DNA of 34,244 bases from positions 1 to 34,244 of the forward strand of contig JADHWT010000002.1 of assembly GCA_016783345.1 (NCBI GenBank), in the 5' to 3' direction. This document shows, in pieces, positions 10,032 through 17,644 of the stretch. A model generated the notes under the pieces. That model was not told the origin of the DNA. It did no database searches and worked only from the letters and a program-made list of their open reading frames with translations. Source of the DNA: Candidatus Omnitrophota bacterium. GTDB lineage: Bacteria; NPL-UPA2; BS750m-G34. A program made the position numbers and the translations under genes. Within the stretch, counting starts at the first letter, position 1, and each line of letters opens with the position of its first letter.

Positions 10032-10180
10032 TTCTTCAGGGCAGGGTGAAATTCCCGACCGGCGGTAAAAGCCCGCCAGCCCCGAACCAGATTTGGTTCA
10101 GGGCAGACCCGTTGGAATTACGGGGCCGACAGTAAGCCCCCGCATCAGTAAAGGGGGATAAAGTCTGGATGAAAGAAGAA
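10032..10180 (+). ncRNA. FMN riboswitch (RFN element) aptamer
   Basis: P1 TTCTTC (10032-10037) pairs with GAAGAA (10175-10180). Conserved cores are present: AGGGCAGGGTGAAATTCCCGACCGGCGGTAAAAGCCCGC ... GGAATTACGGGGCCGACAGTAA ... AAAGTCTGGATGAAAGAAGA. Lies upstream of ribE. Confidence 0.9.
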
Positions 10181-10194
10181 AGAATAGAATTCTG

Positions 10195-10220
10195 CCCGAA
10201 GATAACCTTCGGGTTTTTTT
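10195..10220 (+). terminator. intrinsic terminator (expression platform of the FMN riboswitch)
   Basis: CCCGAAG (10195-10201), loop ATAAC, CTTCGGG (10207-10213), then T7 (10214-10220). Confidence 0.75.
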
Positions 10221-10856
10221 ATGTTTACCGGATTAATTGAAGAAACAGGCGAGATAAATAGCCTCAGGACCGAGACTGCAGGCAGGGCCCTGTTTGTAAG
10301 GGGTGAAGAGGTCACTAAGTCTTTAAAGATTGGCGAGAGCGTTGCTGTAGACGGCGTATGTCTTACAGTTACAGAGATTAAAAAAAATATATTTAAGGTC
10401 TTTCTAAGTCATGAAACCCTTGCGTGCACTAATCTCGGAAAAGCAAGAATCGGGACTAAGGTAAATCTCGAGAGGGCAATAGCCTTTGGCGATAGAATGG
10501 GCGGTCATCTTGTTACAGGGCATATTGATGCCATCGGCAGGATTGTCACGATCAGGAGGCTTTCTAAAACTTTTGAGATAGAGATAGATATACCGAAGGA
10601 TGACTTACGTCTTGTCGTGCCTAAAGGTTCTATTGCCGTTGACGGCGTGAGCATGACCATTGCCTCACTTAAAAATACTATAATAAAAATAGTTATCATC
10701 CCTCACACGGCAGCGATGACAACCCTTGGAAGAAAAAAGAGGGCTCAAGGTGACAAGGTAAATTTAGAATATGATATAATCGGGAAATATGTGCAAAAAT
10801 TGGGACTGACTCCGAAGGTGTCTGTCCCTTTTTTGCGGAAAGCTAATGAAATTTAA
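10221..10856 (+). CDS. ribE: riboflavin synthase alpha chain
   Basis: Canonical N-terminus [12 protein letters not shown] and an internal duplicate ([12 protein letters not shown]...[10 protein letters not shown]). Confidence 0.93.
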   Translation: MFTGLIEETGEINSLRTETAGRALFVRGEEVTKSLKIGESVAVDGVCLTVTEIKKNIFKVFLSHETLACTNLGKARIGTKVNLERAIAFGDRMGGHLVTGHIDAIGRIVTIRRLSKTFEIEIDIPKDDLRLVVPKGSIAVDGVSMTIASLKNTIIKIVIIPHTAAMTTLGRKKRAQGDKVNLEYDIIGKYVQKLGLTPKVSVPFLRKANEI

Positions 10857-12039
10857 TTCCATTGCTGAAATAATAGCGGACATAAAGAAAGGCCGTCTTG
10901 TCATTATTGTAGATGATGAGGCCAGGGAAAACGAGGGGGACCTCATTATGGCTGCCTCTCGTGTAACCCCTAAGAAGATCAATTTTATGGCTACATTTGG
11001 CCGCGGACTTATCTGCACGCCACTCACTGGTGATAGACTCGATAGCCTCGGCTTAAAGGCTATGGTAGAAAATAATACTGAGAGGATGGATACAGCCTTT
11101 ACTATCTCTGTTGATGCAAAAAAAGGTGTAACTACCGGTATATCTGCCCATGACAGGGCTCTTACTATAAAGACCTTACTTAATCCAAAGACAACTCCTG
11201 ATGACCTTGCCAGGCCCGGCCATATATTTCCTATACGGGCGAAGGAAGGAGGAGTCCTCACCAGGTCCGGTCATAGTGAGGCTTCAGTAGACCTTGCCAG
11301 ACTTGCCGGACTTTACCCTGCAGGAGTTATATGCGAGATTATGAATGAGGATGGGACAATGGCAAGGACCCCGGACCTCATCAGATTCAGCCGCAGACAC
11401 GGACTTAAGATTAGCACTATTACCGACCTTATTAGTTACAGGAGCCGTAAGGAGAAATTAGTCAGGCGTCTGGTTAGTGTGAAACTGCCTACTAACTTTG
11501 GCGATTTTAAATTGGTAGTCTATGAGGCATCGGTTGGAGAGAGTCCGCATCTTGCCCTGGTCAAGGGAGATGTGAGGGGTAAGAAAAACGTTATGGTCAG
11601 GGTCCATTCTGAATGTCTCACAGGAGATGTCTTTCATTCTAAGCGTTGTGATTGCGGTGACCAGCTCAGGGAATCCCTTCGTATAATTTCAGATGTCGGG
11701 TGTGGAGTCCTTGTCTATATGCGGCAGGAAGGAAGGGGTATCGGGCTTAGAGAAAAACTCAAGGCCTATGGTCTTCAGGAAAAAGGGCTCGATACAGTTG
11801 AGGCCAATATAAAACTCGGGTTTGCACCGGACCTTAGGGACTATGGTCTTGGCGCGCAGATTTTAGTAGATCTGGGACTTAGTTCTATCCAGCTTTTAAC
11901 AAATAATCCCAGGAAGATAGTCGGCCTTAGCGGATATGGGCTTAAGGTGACAAAACGCATCCCGATTAAAATCAAGCCGCATCGTTTTAATATGCATTAT
12001 TTAAAGACAAAGGAAGAAAAGTTAGGACATTTACTTTAG
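10846..12039 (+). CDS. ribBA: bifunctional 3,4-dihydroxy-2-butanone-4-phosphate synthase / GTP cyclohydrolase II
   Basis: [12 protein letters not shown] (DHBP synthase) and [19 protein letters not shown] (GCH II zinc site). Confidence 0.95.
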   Translation: MKFNSIAEIIADIKKGRLVIIVDDEARENEGDLIMAASRVTPKKINFMATFGRGLICTPLTGDRLDSLGLKAMVENNTERMDTAFTISVDAKKGVTTGISAHDRALTIKTLLNPKTTPDDLARPGHIFPIRAKEGGVLTRSGHSEASVDLARLAGLYPAGVICEIMNEDGTMARTPDLIRFSRRHGLKISTITDLISYRSRKEKLVRRLVSVKLPTNFGDFKLVVYEASVGESPHLALVKGDVRGKKNVMVRVHSECLTGDVFHSKRCDCGDQLRESLRIISDVGCGVLVYMRQEGRGIGLREKLKAYGLQEKGLDTVEANIKLGFAPDLRDYGLGAQILVDLGLSSIQLLTNNPRKIVGLSGYGLKVTKRIPIKIKPHRFNMHYLKTKEEKLGHLL

Positions 12040-12059
12040 TGTATAGTGAATGGTAGATG

Positions 12060-12155
12060 TCCCTTGTCGCAGAAGATGTTGCGACTTCGGGATCAATTCG
12101 ACCATACAATTTATGTACACGTTGTTTCATAAATTGTGGTCTCATTGAAAGGAGG
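12060..12155 (+). promoter_or_regulatory. repeated two-hairpin leader element, copy 1 (short variant), ending in the ribH SD
   Basis: TCCCTTGTCGCAGAAGATGTTGCGACTTCGGGATCAATTCGACCATACAATTTATG...CATAAATTGTGGTCTCATTGAAAGGAGG. Shares its core with copies at 17502, 26491 and 29908. Confidence 0.85.
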
Positions 12156-12159
12156 ACGT

Positions 12160-12630
12160 ATGGTAAAGGTTATAGAAGGAGAATTGGTAGTCAAGGGAAA
12201 GAGGTTCGGCTTAGTGCTCAGTCGCTTCAATGATTTTATTACCCAGCGGCTCAAGGATGGCGCAGTGGACACACTGCTCCGGCATGGGGTAAAAGATGGA
12301 GAGATTGAGATGGCCTGGGTTCCGGGTTCGTTTGAGATACCGGCTATAGCATTAAAAATGGCCAGGACCGGTCGCTATGATGCTATACTATGTCTCGGGT
12401 GTGTGATCAGAGGTGATACCCCGCATTTTGATTATATAGCGTCAGAGGTAGCTAAAGGCATAGCCCAGATTAACCTCACAACCCCTATCCCTGCTATATT
12501 CGGAATCATCACCGCTGATACTATTGAGCAGGCTGTGGAGAGGGCCGGGACCAAGGCAGGAAATAAAGGCAGGGACGCCGCCCTTTCTGCTATAGAGATG
12601 GTGAATTTGTATAGCAAGATTAAAAAATAG
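12160..12630 (+). CDS. ribH: 6,7-dimethyl-8-ribityllumazine synthase
   Basis: [14 protein letters not shown] motif. I place the start at ATG 12160 (MVKVIEG...), 4 nt after AAGGAGG. The ORF-track GTG at 12136 lies inside the conserved hairpin of the repeat. Confidence 0.92.
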   Translation: MVKVIEGELVVKGKRFGLVLSRFNDFITQRLKDGAVDTLLRHGVKDGEIEMAWVPGSFEIPAIALKMARTGRYDAILCLGCVIRGDTPHFDYIASEVAKGIAQINLTTPIPAIFGIITADTIEQAVERAGTKAGNKGRDAALSAIEMVNLYSKIKK

Positions 12631-12640
12631 TTAATGACTT

Positions 12641-13048
12641 ATGGGAAAGCGCAGAATAGCCAGGGAACTGGCATTAAAGATTCTCTATCAAGTAGAGATA
12701 AGCGGGAGTCCTCTGGAATCAGTCTTTACTGATTTTTGGGAAAATCATGTCTATCAATCTGAGATACGGGGGTTTACCGAGAGTCTTGCTAAAGGGGCTG
12801 TAGAGCATCGGGAAGATATTGACAAAAAAATTTCAACATATGCGGATAACTGGGACATGTCCCGTATGGCTATAATAGACAGGGTGCTTCTCCGCCTGGC
12901 TGCTTATGAAATTCAATATCGAGATGACATACCGCATGCAGTCAGTATTAATGAGGCATTGGAGATAGCCAAGAAATACAGCACCGGTGAGTCAAGCCGT
13001 TTTATCAATGGTGTGCTGGACAGAGTGGCCAAGGAACAAAAAGGTTGA
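12641..13048 (+). CDS. nusB: transcription antitermination factor NusB
   Basis: RRIARELALKILYQ N-terminus and the classic ribH-nusB adjacency. Confidence 0.92.
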   Translation: MGKRRIARELALKILYQVEISGSPLESVFTDFWENHVYQSEIRGFTESLAKGAVEHREDIDKKISTYADNWDMSRMAIIDRVLLRLAAYEIQYRDDIPHAVSINEALEIAKKYSTGESSRFINGVLDRVAKEQKG

Positions 13049-13914
13049 AATCAAAATTTGTTGACCTTCATGTCCACACCACTTTTTCCGATAGCACCTT
13101 TACCCCGGCTGAGGTAATAAAGGCAGCTCAGGAACAAGGACTATCTGCCTTAGGTATTACCGATCATGACAGCGTGTCTTCTCTAACAGTTATAACTGAG
13201 TTAGGAGAGAAGGAAGGAATAGAGATTGTCCCCGGAGTGGAACTTAGTGCCGAGGAGAAAGGACGGGAGATTCATATCCTCGGTTATTATATTTCATTGG
13301 AAGAGGACTGGTTCAGGAAAAAATTGGCAGAGTTCTCGCATGCCAGAGAAGAGAGGGCACGGGAAATTACCAGGCGCTTAAATAGAATAGGGATTGATCT
13401 TGATTTTGCGATTGTTAAAGAGATATCCGGTGAGGGCGCAGTTGGCCGGATGCATATCGCAAGGGCACTGGTGAGAGCCGGATATGTCAAACACCCCCAA
13501 TCAGCCTTCCGTCTCTATTTAGGTGAAGGTAAACCCGCCTATGTCAAAAAATTTCCTCTAACCGTTGGTGAGGCTATTGAGATGATAAAATCTCTTAAAG
13601 GCATATCTTCTCTTGCGCATCCCGGCCTTTTAAAAGATAACGACCTTATCCTGGATATCATTAAATCAGGTATAGATGGGCTTGAGGTTTTTCACCTCGA
13701 CCACAGCAACACAAAAATTAACAATTTTTTGGAATTGGCCTCTACACATAAACTCCTTGTTACAGGGGGTTCAGACTGCCACGGCCTTGGTAAAGGCAAG
13801 CAATTACTCGGTAAGATAAAACTCCCATATAAATATCTCACTGCTTTAAAGGAACGAGCAAAAATTGGGACACATAATGCAGCGCCTATTCTTGATCCGT
13901 CACGGAGAAACTGA
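13045..13914 (+). CDS. PHP (polymerase/histidinol phosphatase) domain metal-dependent phosphoesterase (TrpH/YciV-like)
   Basis: DLHVHTTFSD, GITDHD and GGSDCHG metal-ligand motifs. TTG start overlapping the nusB stop (TTGA). Confidence 0.85.
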   Translation: MKSKFVDLHVHTTFSDSTFTPAEVIKAAQEQGLSALGITDHDSVSSLTVITELGEKEGIEIVPGVELSAEEKGREIHILGYYISLEEDWFRKKLAEFSHAREERAREITRRLNRIGIDLDFAIVKEISGEGAVGRMHIARALVRAGYVKHPQSAFRLYLGEGKPAYVKKFPLTVGEAIEMIKSLKGISSLAHPGLLKDNDLILDIIKSGIDGLEVFHLDHSNTKINNFLELASTHKLLVTGGSDCHGLGKGKQLLGKIKLPYKYLTALKERAKIGTHNAAPILDPSRRN

Positions 13915-14479
13915 CGGCACAGCAAAAAGAAAATTTATGGGTAAGGTAGATATGCCTTTGAACAAAAAGGGACGGAGAGACGCAGGACTCCTTGCTGATA
14001 GATTAAAGGATGAAAAAATAACAGCCTTTTATACAAGCCCTTTAAAGAGAACTTTGGAGACTGCTAAAATTCTGAAACAATTTCACAATGCGCCGTTAAA
14101 AAAGCAGAAGGCATTCGAGGAGATACGGTTTGGAAAGTGGGAGGGGCTGACCCTGGATGAGATTTATAAAAAAGATAAGACCCTCTGCCGGAGGTGGTTT
14201 ACCGACCTTGAGAATTTTACCATGCCTCGAGGAGAAAGCGTCAAGGCCATGCAGGACAGGGTAATAAAAGGCTGGAAAGCGATACTTTCACGTCACCCTA
14301 AAGGGACAGTTGCTATTGTTACCCATGGCGGTCCTATCCGGATATTCCTCTGTTATTTCCTGAGCCTGGATCTCTCCTTTTTCTGGAAGGTAAGGTTCGA
14401 CACCGTTTCCTTAACTATTCTCACTTTTTCCAAAGGCTCCACAACCCTCACGCTCCTGAACGACACCTGCCATAAGTAA
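13877..14479 (+). CDS. histidine phosphatase family protein (phosphoglycerate mutase / alpha-ribazole phosphatase-like)
   Basis: LIRHGETD catalytic motif and a later VTHGGPIR motif. Start chosen at ATG 13877 (MQRLFLIRHGET); the ORF track starts at TTG 13865. Confidence 0.8.
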   Translation: MQRLFLIRHGETDGTAKRKFMGKVDMPLNKKGRRDAGLLADRLKDEKITAFYTSPLKRTLETAKILKQFHNAPLKKQKAFEEIRFGKWEGLTLDEIYKKDKTLCRRWFTDLENFTMPRGESVKAMQDRVIKGWKAILSRHPKGTVAIVTHGGPIRIFLCYFLSLDLSFFWKVRFDTVSLTILTFSKGSTTLTLLNDTCHK

Positions 14480-14647
14480 TTCCCCAATTTCAATCCCCAA
14501 AACGTCGGTAAAATTTTTTATGTGCATCTTGAGACCATGGACCCGCGTTTCTCATTTTTCACCATAAAAGATTTTAATTGTTTTGAGAACAAAATTATGA
14601 TAAGATTATAAGTATATTATGAGGTTATTGTGGCTAGAGAATAGAGA

Positions 14648-14962
14648 ATGATAGATAAAATTCGACAAGCTTTTAGAGAAAGACGATATGAATATAGTTT
14701 ACACGCTGTTGACCAAAGCATTTTGCGCTATATCCTTAGCAAGGAAGTTGAGGAAGTGATTGATAATGGGGAGATAATAGAAGATTATCCTGAAGATAAA
14801 TATGGTTCTAGTTGTTTAATTTATGGAACAACTATTCAAGGCAGGTCTTTACATATTCAATGTTCATATCCTTCAAGGCCGAAAATAAAGATTATTACAT
14901 TGTATCAACCAGATCCAAAAGATTGGATAGACTATAAGAAGAGGAGGGAAGAGAAAAAATGA
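14648..14962 (+). CDS. DUF4258-family putative toxin
   Basis: 104 aa. The YSLHAVDQ...R.I...EVEEVIDNGEIIEDYPEDKYG.SCLIYG...GR.LHI pattern is typical of DUF4258. ATGA overlap with the following zinc-finger gene. Confidence 0.72.
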   Translation: MIDKIRQAFRERRYEYSLHAVDQSILRYILSKEVEEVIDNGEIIEDYPEDKYGSSCLIYGTTIQGRSLHIQCSYPSRPKIKIITLYQPDPKDWIDYKKRREEKK

Positions 14963-15186
14963 AGTGTGATCTTTGCGGAGGAAGAGTAAGCGAAGAGAAA
15001 ATCAGTTATACTCTATTCTATGAAGGGCATTGGATTATTGTAGAAAATGTCCCAGCTAAAGTCTGTAATCAATGTGGTGAAAAGCTATTTGACGCGGATA
15101 CAGTAGATCGCCTTCAGGCTACTATTTGGAAAAAGCAAAAACCCGAAAGAAAAATAGAAACACCGGTCTTTAATCTTGCTCATTAG
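14959..15186 (+). CDS. YgiT/MqsA-type zinc-finger putative antitoxin
   Basis: 75 aa with CDLCGG ... VCNQCGE (a CxxC...CxxC zinc ribbon), as in the MqsA N-terminal domain family. Translationally coupled to the upstream ORF. Confidence 0.72.
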   Translation: MKCDLCGGRVSEEKISYTLFYEGHWIIVENVPAKVCNQCGEKLFDADTVDRLQATIWKKQKPERKIETPVFNLAH

Positions 15187-15200
15187 TGAAGAAGAAACTT

Positions 15201-15238
15201 TTTTGCTTTTTTCGTTCCTTAAAATCAAGCAAAATTTT
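15201..15238 (+). terminator. weak AT-rich hairpin + T-run after the TA pair
   Basis: TTTTGCTT (15201-15208) pairs with AAGCAAAA (15227-15234), followed by TTTTA. The loop is long and the stem AT-rich. Confidence 0.25.
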
Positions 15239-15336
15239 ATAGCTGAGGTCAGACTTTTTTCCATACCCCTATACCACCATAAACGATACAATTCTCAACG
15301 ACACCTGCCATGGTGTCAGAACACTCTAAATTTTTT

Positions 15337-15365
15337 TTACAAATTTTATAAGTACGTGGTATAAT
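15337..15365 (+). promoter_or_regulatory. sigma70-type promoter
   Basis: TTACAA (15337-15342), a 17-nt spacer, then extended -10 TGGTATAAT (TATAAT at 15360-15365). Confidence 0.55.
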
Positions 15366-15388
15366 AAAGAAAAATCCAGGAGAATGAT

Positions 15389-15445
15389 ATGGCAAAGCGG
15401 GAATTTATGGTATGGAATTTCAAAGATGATTATTCCAACCACTGA
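15389..15445 (+). CDS. 18-codon upstream ORF (possible leader peptide)
   Basis: AGGAG (15379-15383), 5 nt, then ATG. Peptide MAKREFMVWNFKDDYSNH. Followed by a small hairpin ATCGC-GGA-GCGAT (15462-15474) + TTTTCTT. Confidence 0.25.
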   Translation: MAKREFMVWNFKDDYSNH

Positions 15446-15495
15446 AAATCATATTGAAGTTATCGCGGAGCGATTTTCTTGTGAATAGAGGTACT

Positions 15496-16143
15496 ATGAA
15501 AAAATTATATTTTTTTATTTTCCTTTTGGGGATAACCGTTTTAGCCTTTGGGGAAGAGAAAGAAGAGACCCCATTTCAATATAACTGCCGCTGGTATCGG
15601 AATGATTTTAAGTGGTGGGATACCTGGCACAAAGAGCTTTATGGGGACCTGGGAAAAAAGAGGACCAAAGACAGTTATAATGCAAAGCACCTCATAGATT
15701 CCATTAAGAGATTAAAGAGATGGGTCCTCCCGGAGAAGGCCGGTCTCTTTGAAAGTTTTATGGAATTTTACGGGACAATCAAGAAAGACGTAGAGAAGGG
15801 TAATTTAAGAAAGCATGATATAAACAGAATCAAGCATTCATTAAAAATAAAGAGAAAAGAGTTTGTAACTCAATTTCATTATAAAAATTTAAAGCCCGGA
15901 GAGTGGATTAGTAAGGAGGTGGTGGATAAATCTACGTTTGAGAAGATAGAAACAGCGCCTATGTTTATTACATCTAAAGAAAAATCAAAACATAGATATG
16001 TAGCGCATCGATATGGAAGGGTCTTCCACAAACGGAGTTGTGATATAGTCAAGGATATGAAGGAAAGCGACAAGATATATTTTAAGACCAGGCGCCGCGC
16101 CCTTTCTACTAACCGCAAACGCTGCCGGGAATGCAAGCCCTGA
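15496..16143 (+). CDS. secreted hypothetical protein with a C-terminal Ada-like Cys motif
   Basis: Start moved to ATG 15496, giving a signal-peptide-like MKKLYFFIFLLGITVLAFG|EE. The C-terminus VFHKRSCDIV...YFKTRRRALSTNRKRCRECKP resembles the H..xC...C..C metal-binding tail found on Ada-Zn-like domains. Confidence 0.6.
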   Translation: MKKLYFFIFLLGITVLAFGEEKEETPFQYNCRWYRNDFKWWDTWHKELYGDLGKKRTKDSYNAKHLIDSIKRLKRWVLPEKAGLFESFMEFYGTIKKDVEKGNLRKHDINRIKHSLKIKRKEFVTQFHYKNLKPGEWISKEVVDKSTFEKIETAPMFITSKEKSKHRYVAHRYGRVFHKRSCDIVKDMKESDKIYFKTRRRALSTNRKRCRECKP

Positions 16144-16956
16144 ATGAAGCCCGCGAAAAGATTTGTTATACTGCTCACAGATTTTGGCCTAACCGACGGA
16201 TATGTCGGGACCATGAAAGGTGTCATCTCCAGTATAAGTCCGGAGGTAACTGTCTACGATTTAATCCATGAGATTCCTCCGCAGGATATTGAGGCCGCCG
16301 CTGTTGTGCTTTCCTCATCATATAGATTTTTCCCGAGGCAGAGTATCTTTGTGGCAGTGGTTGACCCTGGGGTGGGCAGCGAGAGGGCGATTATAGCATT
16401 GAAGACTGATTCATACATTTTTCTTGCGCCGGATAACGGGCTTTTGAGTTTAATTGCCGAAAGGGAAAATGTCCGCAGTGTTGTTAAGGTGGTAAACAAA
16501 AAATATTTTTTAAAAGATGTCAGCTCTACATTCCATGGCCGTGATATCTTTGCCCCTGTTGCAGGGTATCTTTCGCTTGGAGTGAGGATGGAAGAGATAG
16601 GAGAGCCTGTTCAGGATATAACAAAGCTCAGTCTATCCGAGGTAAGGATAGCGCCTCGCAGGTCTCTCACAGGCAGGGTAATATATATTGACAGATTTGG
16701 TAATATCATGACCAATATTAGTGAGAAGAATTTTTTGTCTTTCACTGAGGGAGATAAAACGCAGAAGATGGTTGCTGAGATAAAGAGAAAGACTGTTACC
16801 AAATTTGTAAATCACTATAATCAGGGTTTACCAGGAGAGCTTATTATGCTTATGGGCAGTAGTGGATATCTGGAGATATCTATAAATAAGGGCAGGGCCG
16901 GTGATATGCTTAAGACATCACCCGGGGATATGGTGGAGATAAAATGGCTAAATTGA
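16144..16956 (+). CDS. SAM hydroxide adenosyltransferase family protein (DUF62)
   Basis: LLTDFGLTDGYVGTMKGVI N-terminal signature, VVDPGVGS, and FHGRDIFAPVAG. Confidence 0.85.
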   Translation: MKPAKRFVILLTDFGLTDGYVGTMKGVISSISPEVTVYDLIHEIPPQDIEAAAVVLSSSYRFFPRQSIFVAVVDPGVGSERAIIALKTDSYIFLAPDNGLLSLIAERENVRSVVKVVNKKYFLKDVSSTFHGRDIFAPVAGYLSLGVRMEEIGEPVQDITKLSLSEVRIAPRRSLTGRVIYIDRFGNIMTNISEKNFLSFTEGDKTQKMVAEIKRKTVTKFVNHYNQGLPGELIMLMGSSGYLEISINKGRAGDMLKTSPGDMVEIKWLN

Positions 16957-17495
16957 TTTTTATTTTAGGCGGGGCAAGGAGCGGGAAAAGTTCCTTCGCC
17001 TGTAAATTAGCAGAAGACATGTGCCCTTCAATGGGGGATGTAGTTTATCTGGCTACGGCTGAGGTGACTGATGATGAGATGGCTCGCCGTATTGCCCGGC
17101 ATAAGGCCCGGAGGCCTTCCCATTGGCAGACTATAGAAGAGCCGCGCAATTTGGCAAGGATAACTAAAATACTTGGAGAGACAGAAAAAGTAGTCTTACT
17201 TGATTGTTTGACTATACTTTTATCAAATATAATATTAAGCGAAGTAAAGGATCAAAAAGACTTATATAAGCATGAAGAAAGATTAGTCAAAAGTTTTTCT
17301 TCTCTTGCTGAGGCAGCAGCGAAAAGCGCTTTTCCTGTGATTTTTGTATCTAATGAAGTTGGCATGGGGATATGTCCGGAAAATTATCTGGGGAGGGTCT
17401 TTAGAGATCTTGTAGGGCGAATAAATCAGGAGATATCAAGAAAGGCTGCGGAAGTATATTTTCTCCGCGCAGGGATTCCGCAGAAGATAAAATAA
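16944..17495 (+). CDS. cobU: bifunctional adenosylcobinamide kinase / adenosylcobinamide-phosphate guanylyltransferase
   Basis: P-loop ILGGARSGKSSFA, size 183 aa, and the C-terminal VSNEVGMGI motif typical of CobU/CobP. Confidence 0.85.
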   Translation: MAKLIFILGGARSGKSSFACKLAEDMCPSMGDVVYLATAEVTDDEMARRIARHKARRPSHWQTIEEPRNLARITKILGETEKVVLLDCLTILLSNIILSEVKDQKDLYKHEERLVKSFSSLAEAAAKSAFPVIFVSNEVGMGICPENYLGRVFRDLVGRINQEISRKAAEVYFLRAGIPQKIK

Positions 17496-17501
17496 GGTAT
17501 G

Positions 17502-17638
17502 TCCCTTGTCGCAGAAGATGTTGAGTAAAATGTTTTCAACTTTTTACTCAACGCGACTTCGGGATTAATTCGACCATACAATTTATGTTCACCTGCCGCT
17601 TTGCGGCGGTTTCATAAATTGTGGTCTCATTAAGGAGG
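17502..17638 (+). promoter_or_regulatory. repeated two-hairpin leader element, copy 2 (longest variant), ending in the SDR gene SD
   Basis: Same core as the other copies. The HP1 extension is GTTGAGTAAAA/TTTTACTCAAC. The HP2 tip is expanded by CTGCCGC-TTT-GCGGCGG. Confidence 0.85.
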
Positions 17639-17644
17639 TAATTT

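Noticed and set aside
12136-12159. N-terminal extensions in the ORF track: ribH from GTG 12136, cysE from 23078, the secreted protein from 15454, and the phosphatase from 13865.
   Set aside because: In each case a downstream ATG gives the canonical family N-terminus or a signal peptide. That ATG has a better SD or a stop/start overlap with the upstream gene. The ribH extension would run through the conserved hairpin.
15176-15364. A 62-aa + strand ORF and a 68-aa minus-strand ORF (15085-15291) downstream of the TA pair.
   Set aside because: They have no start-site signals and cross the terminator-like hairpin and the promoter at 15337-15365. Their composition looks like translated AT-rich spacer. 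An alternative frame carries the phosphatase 3'-end look-alike instead.
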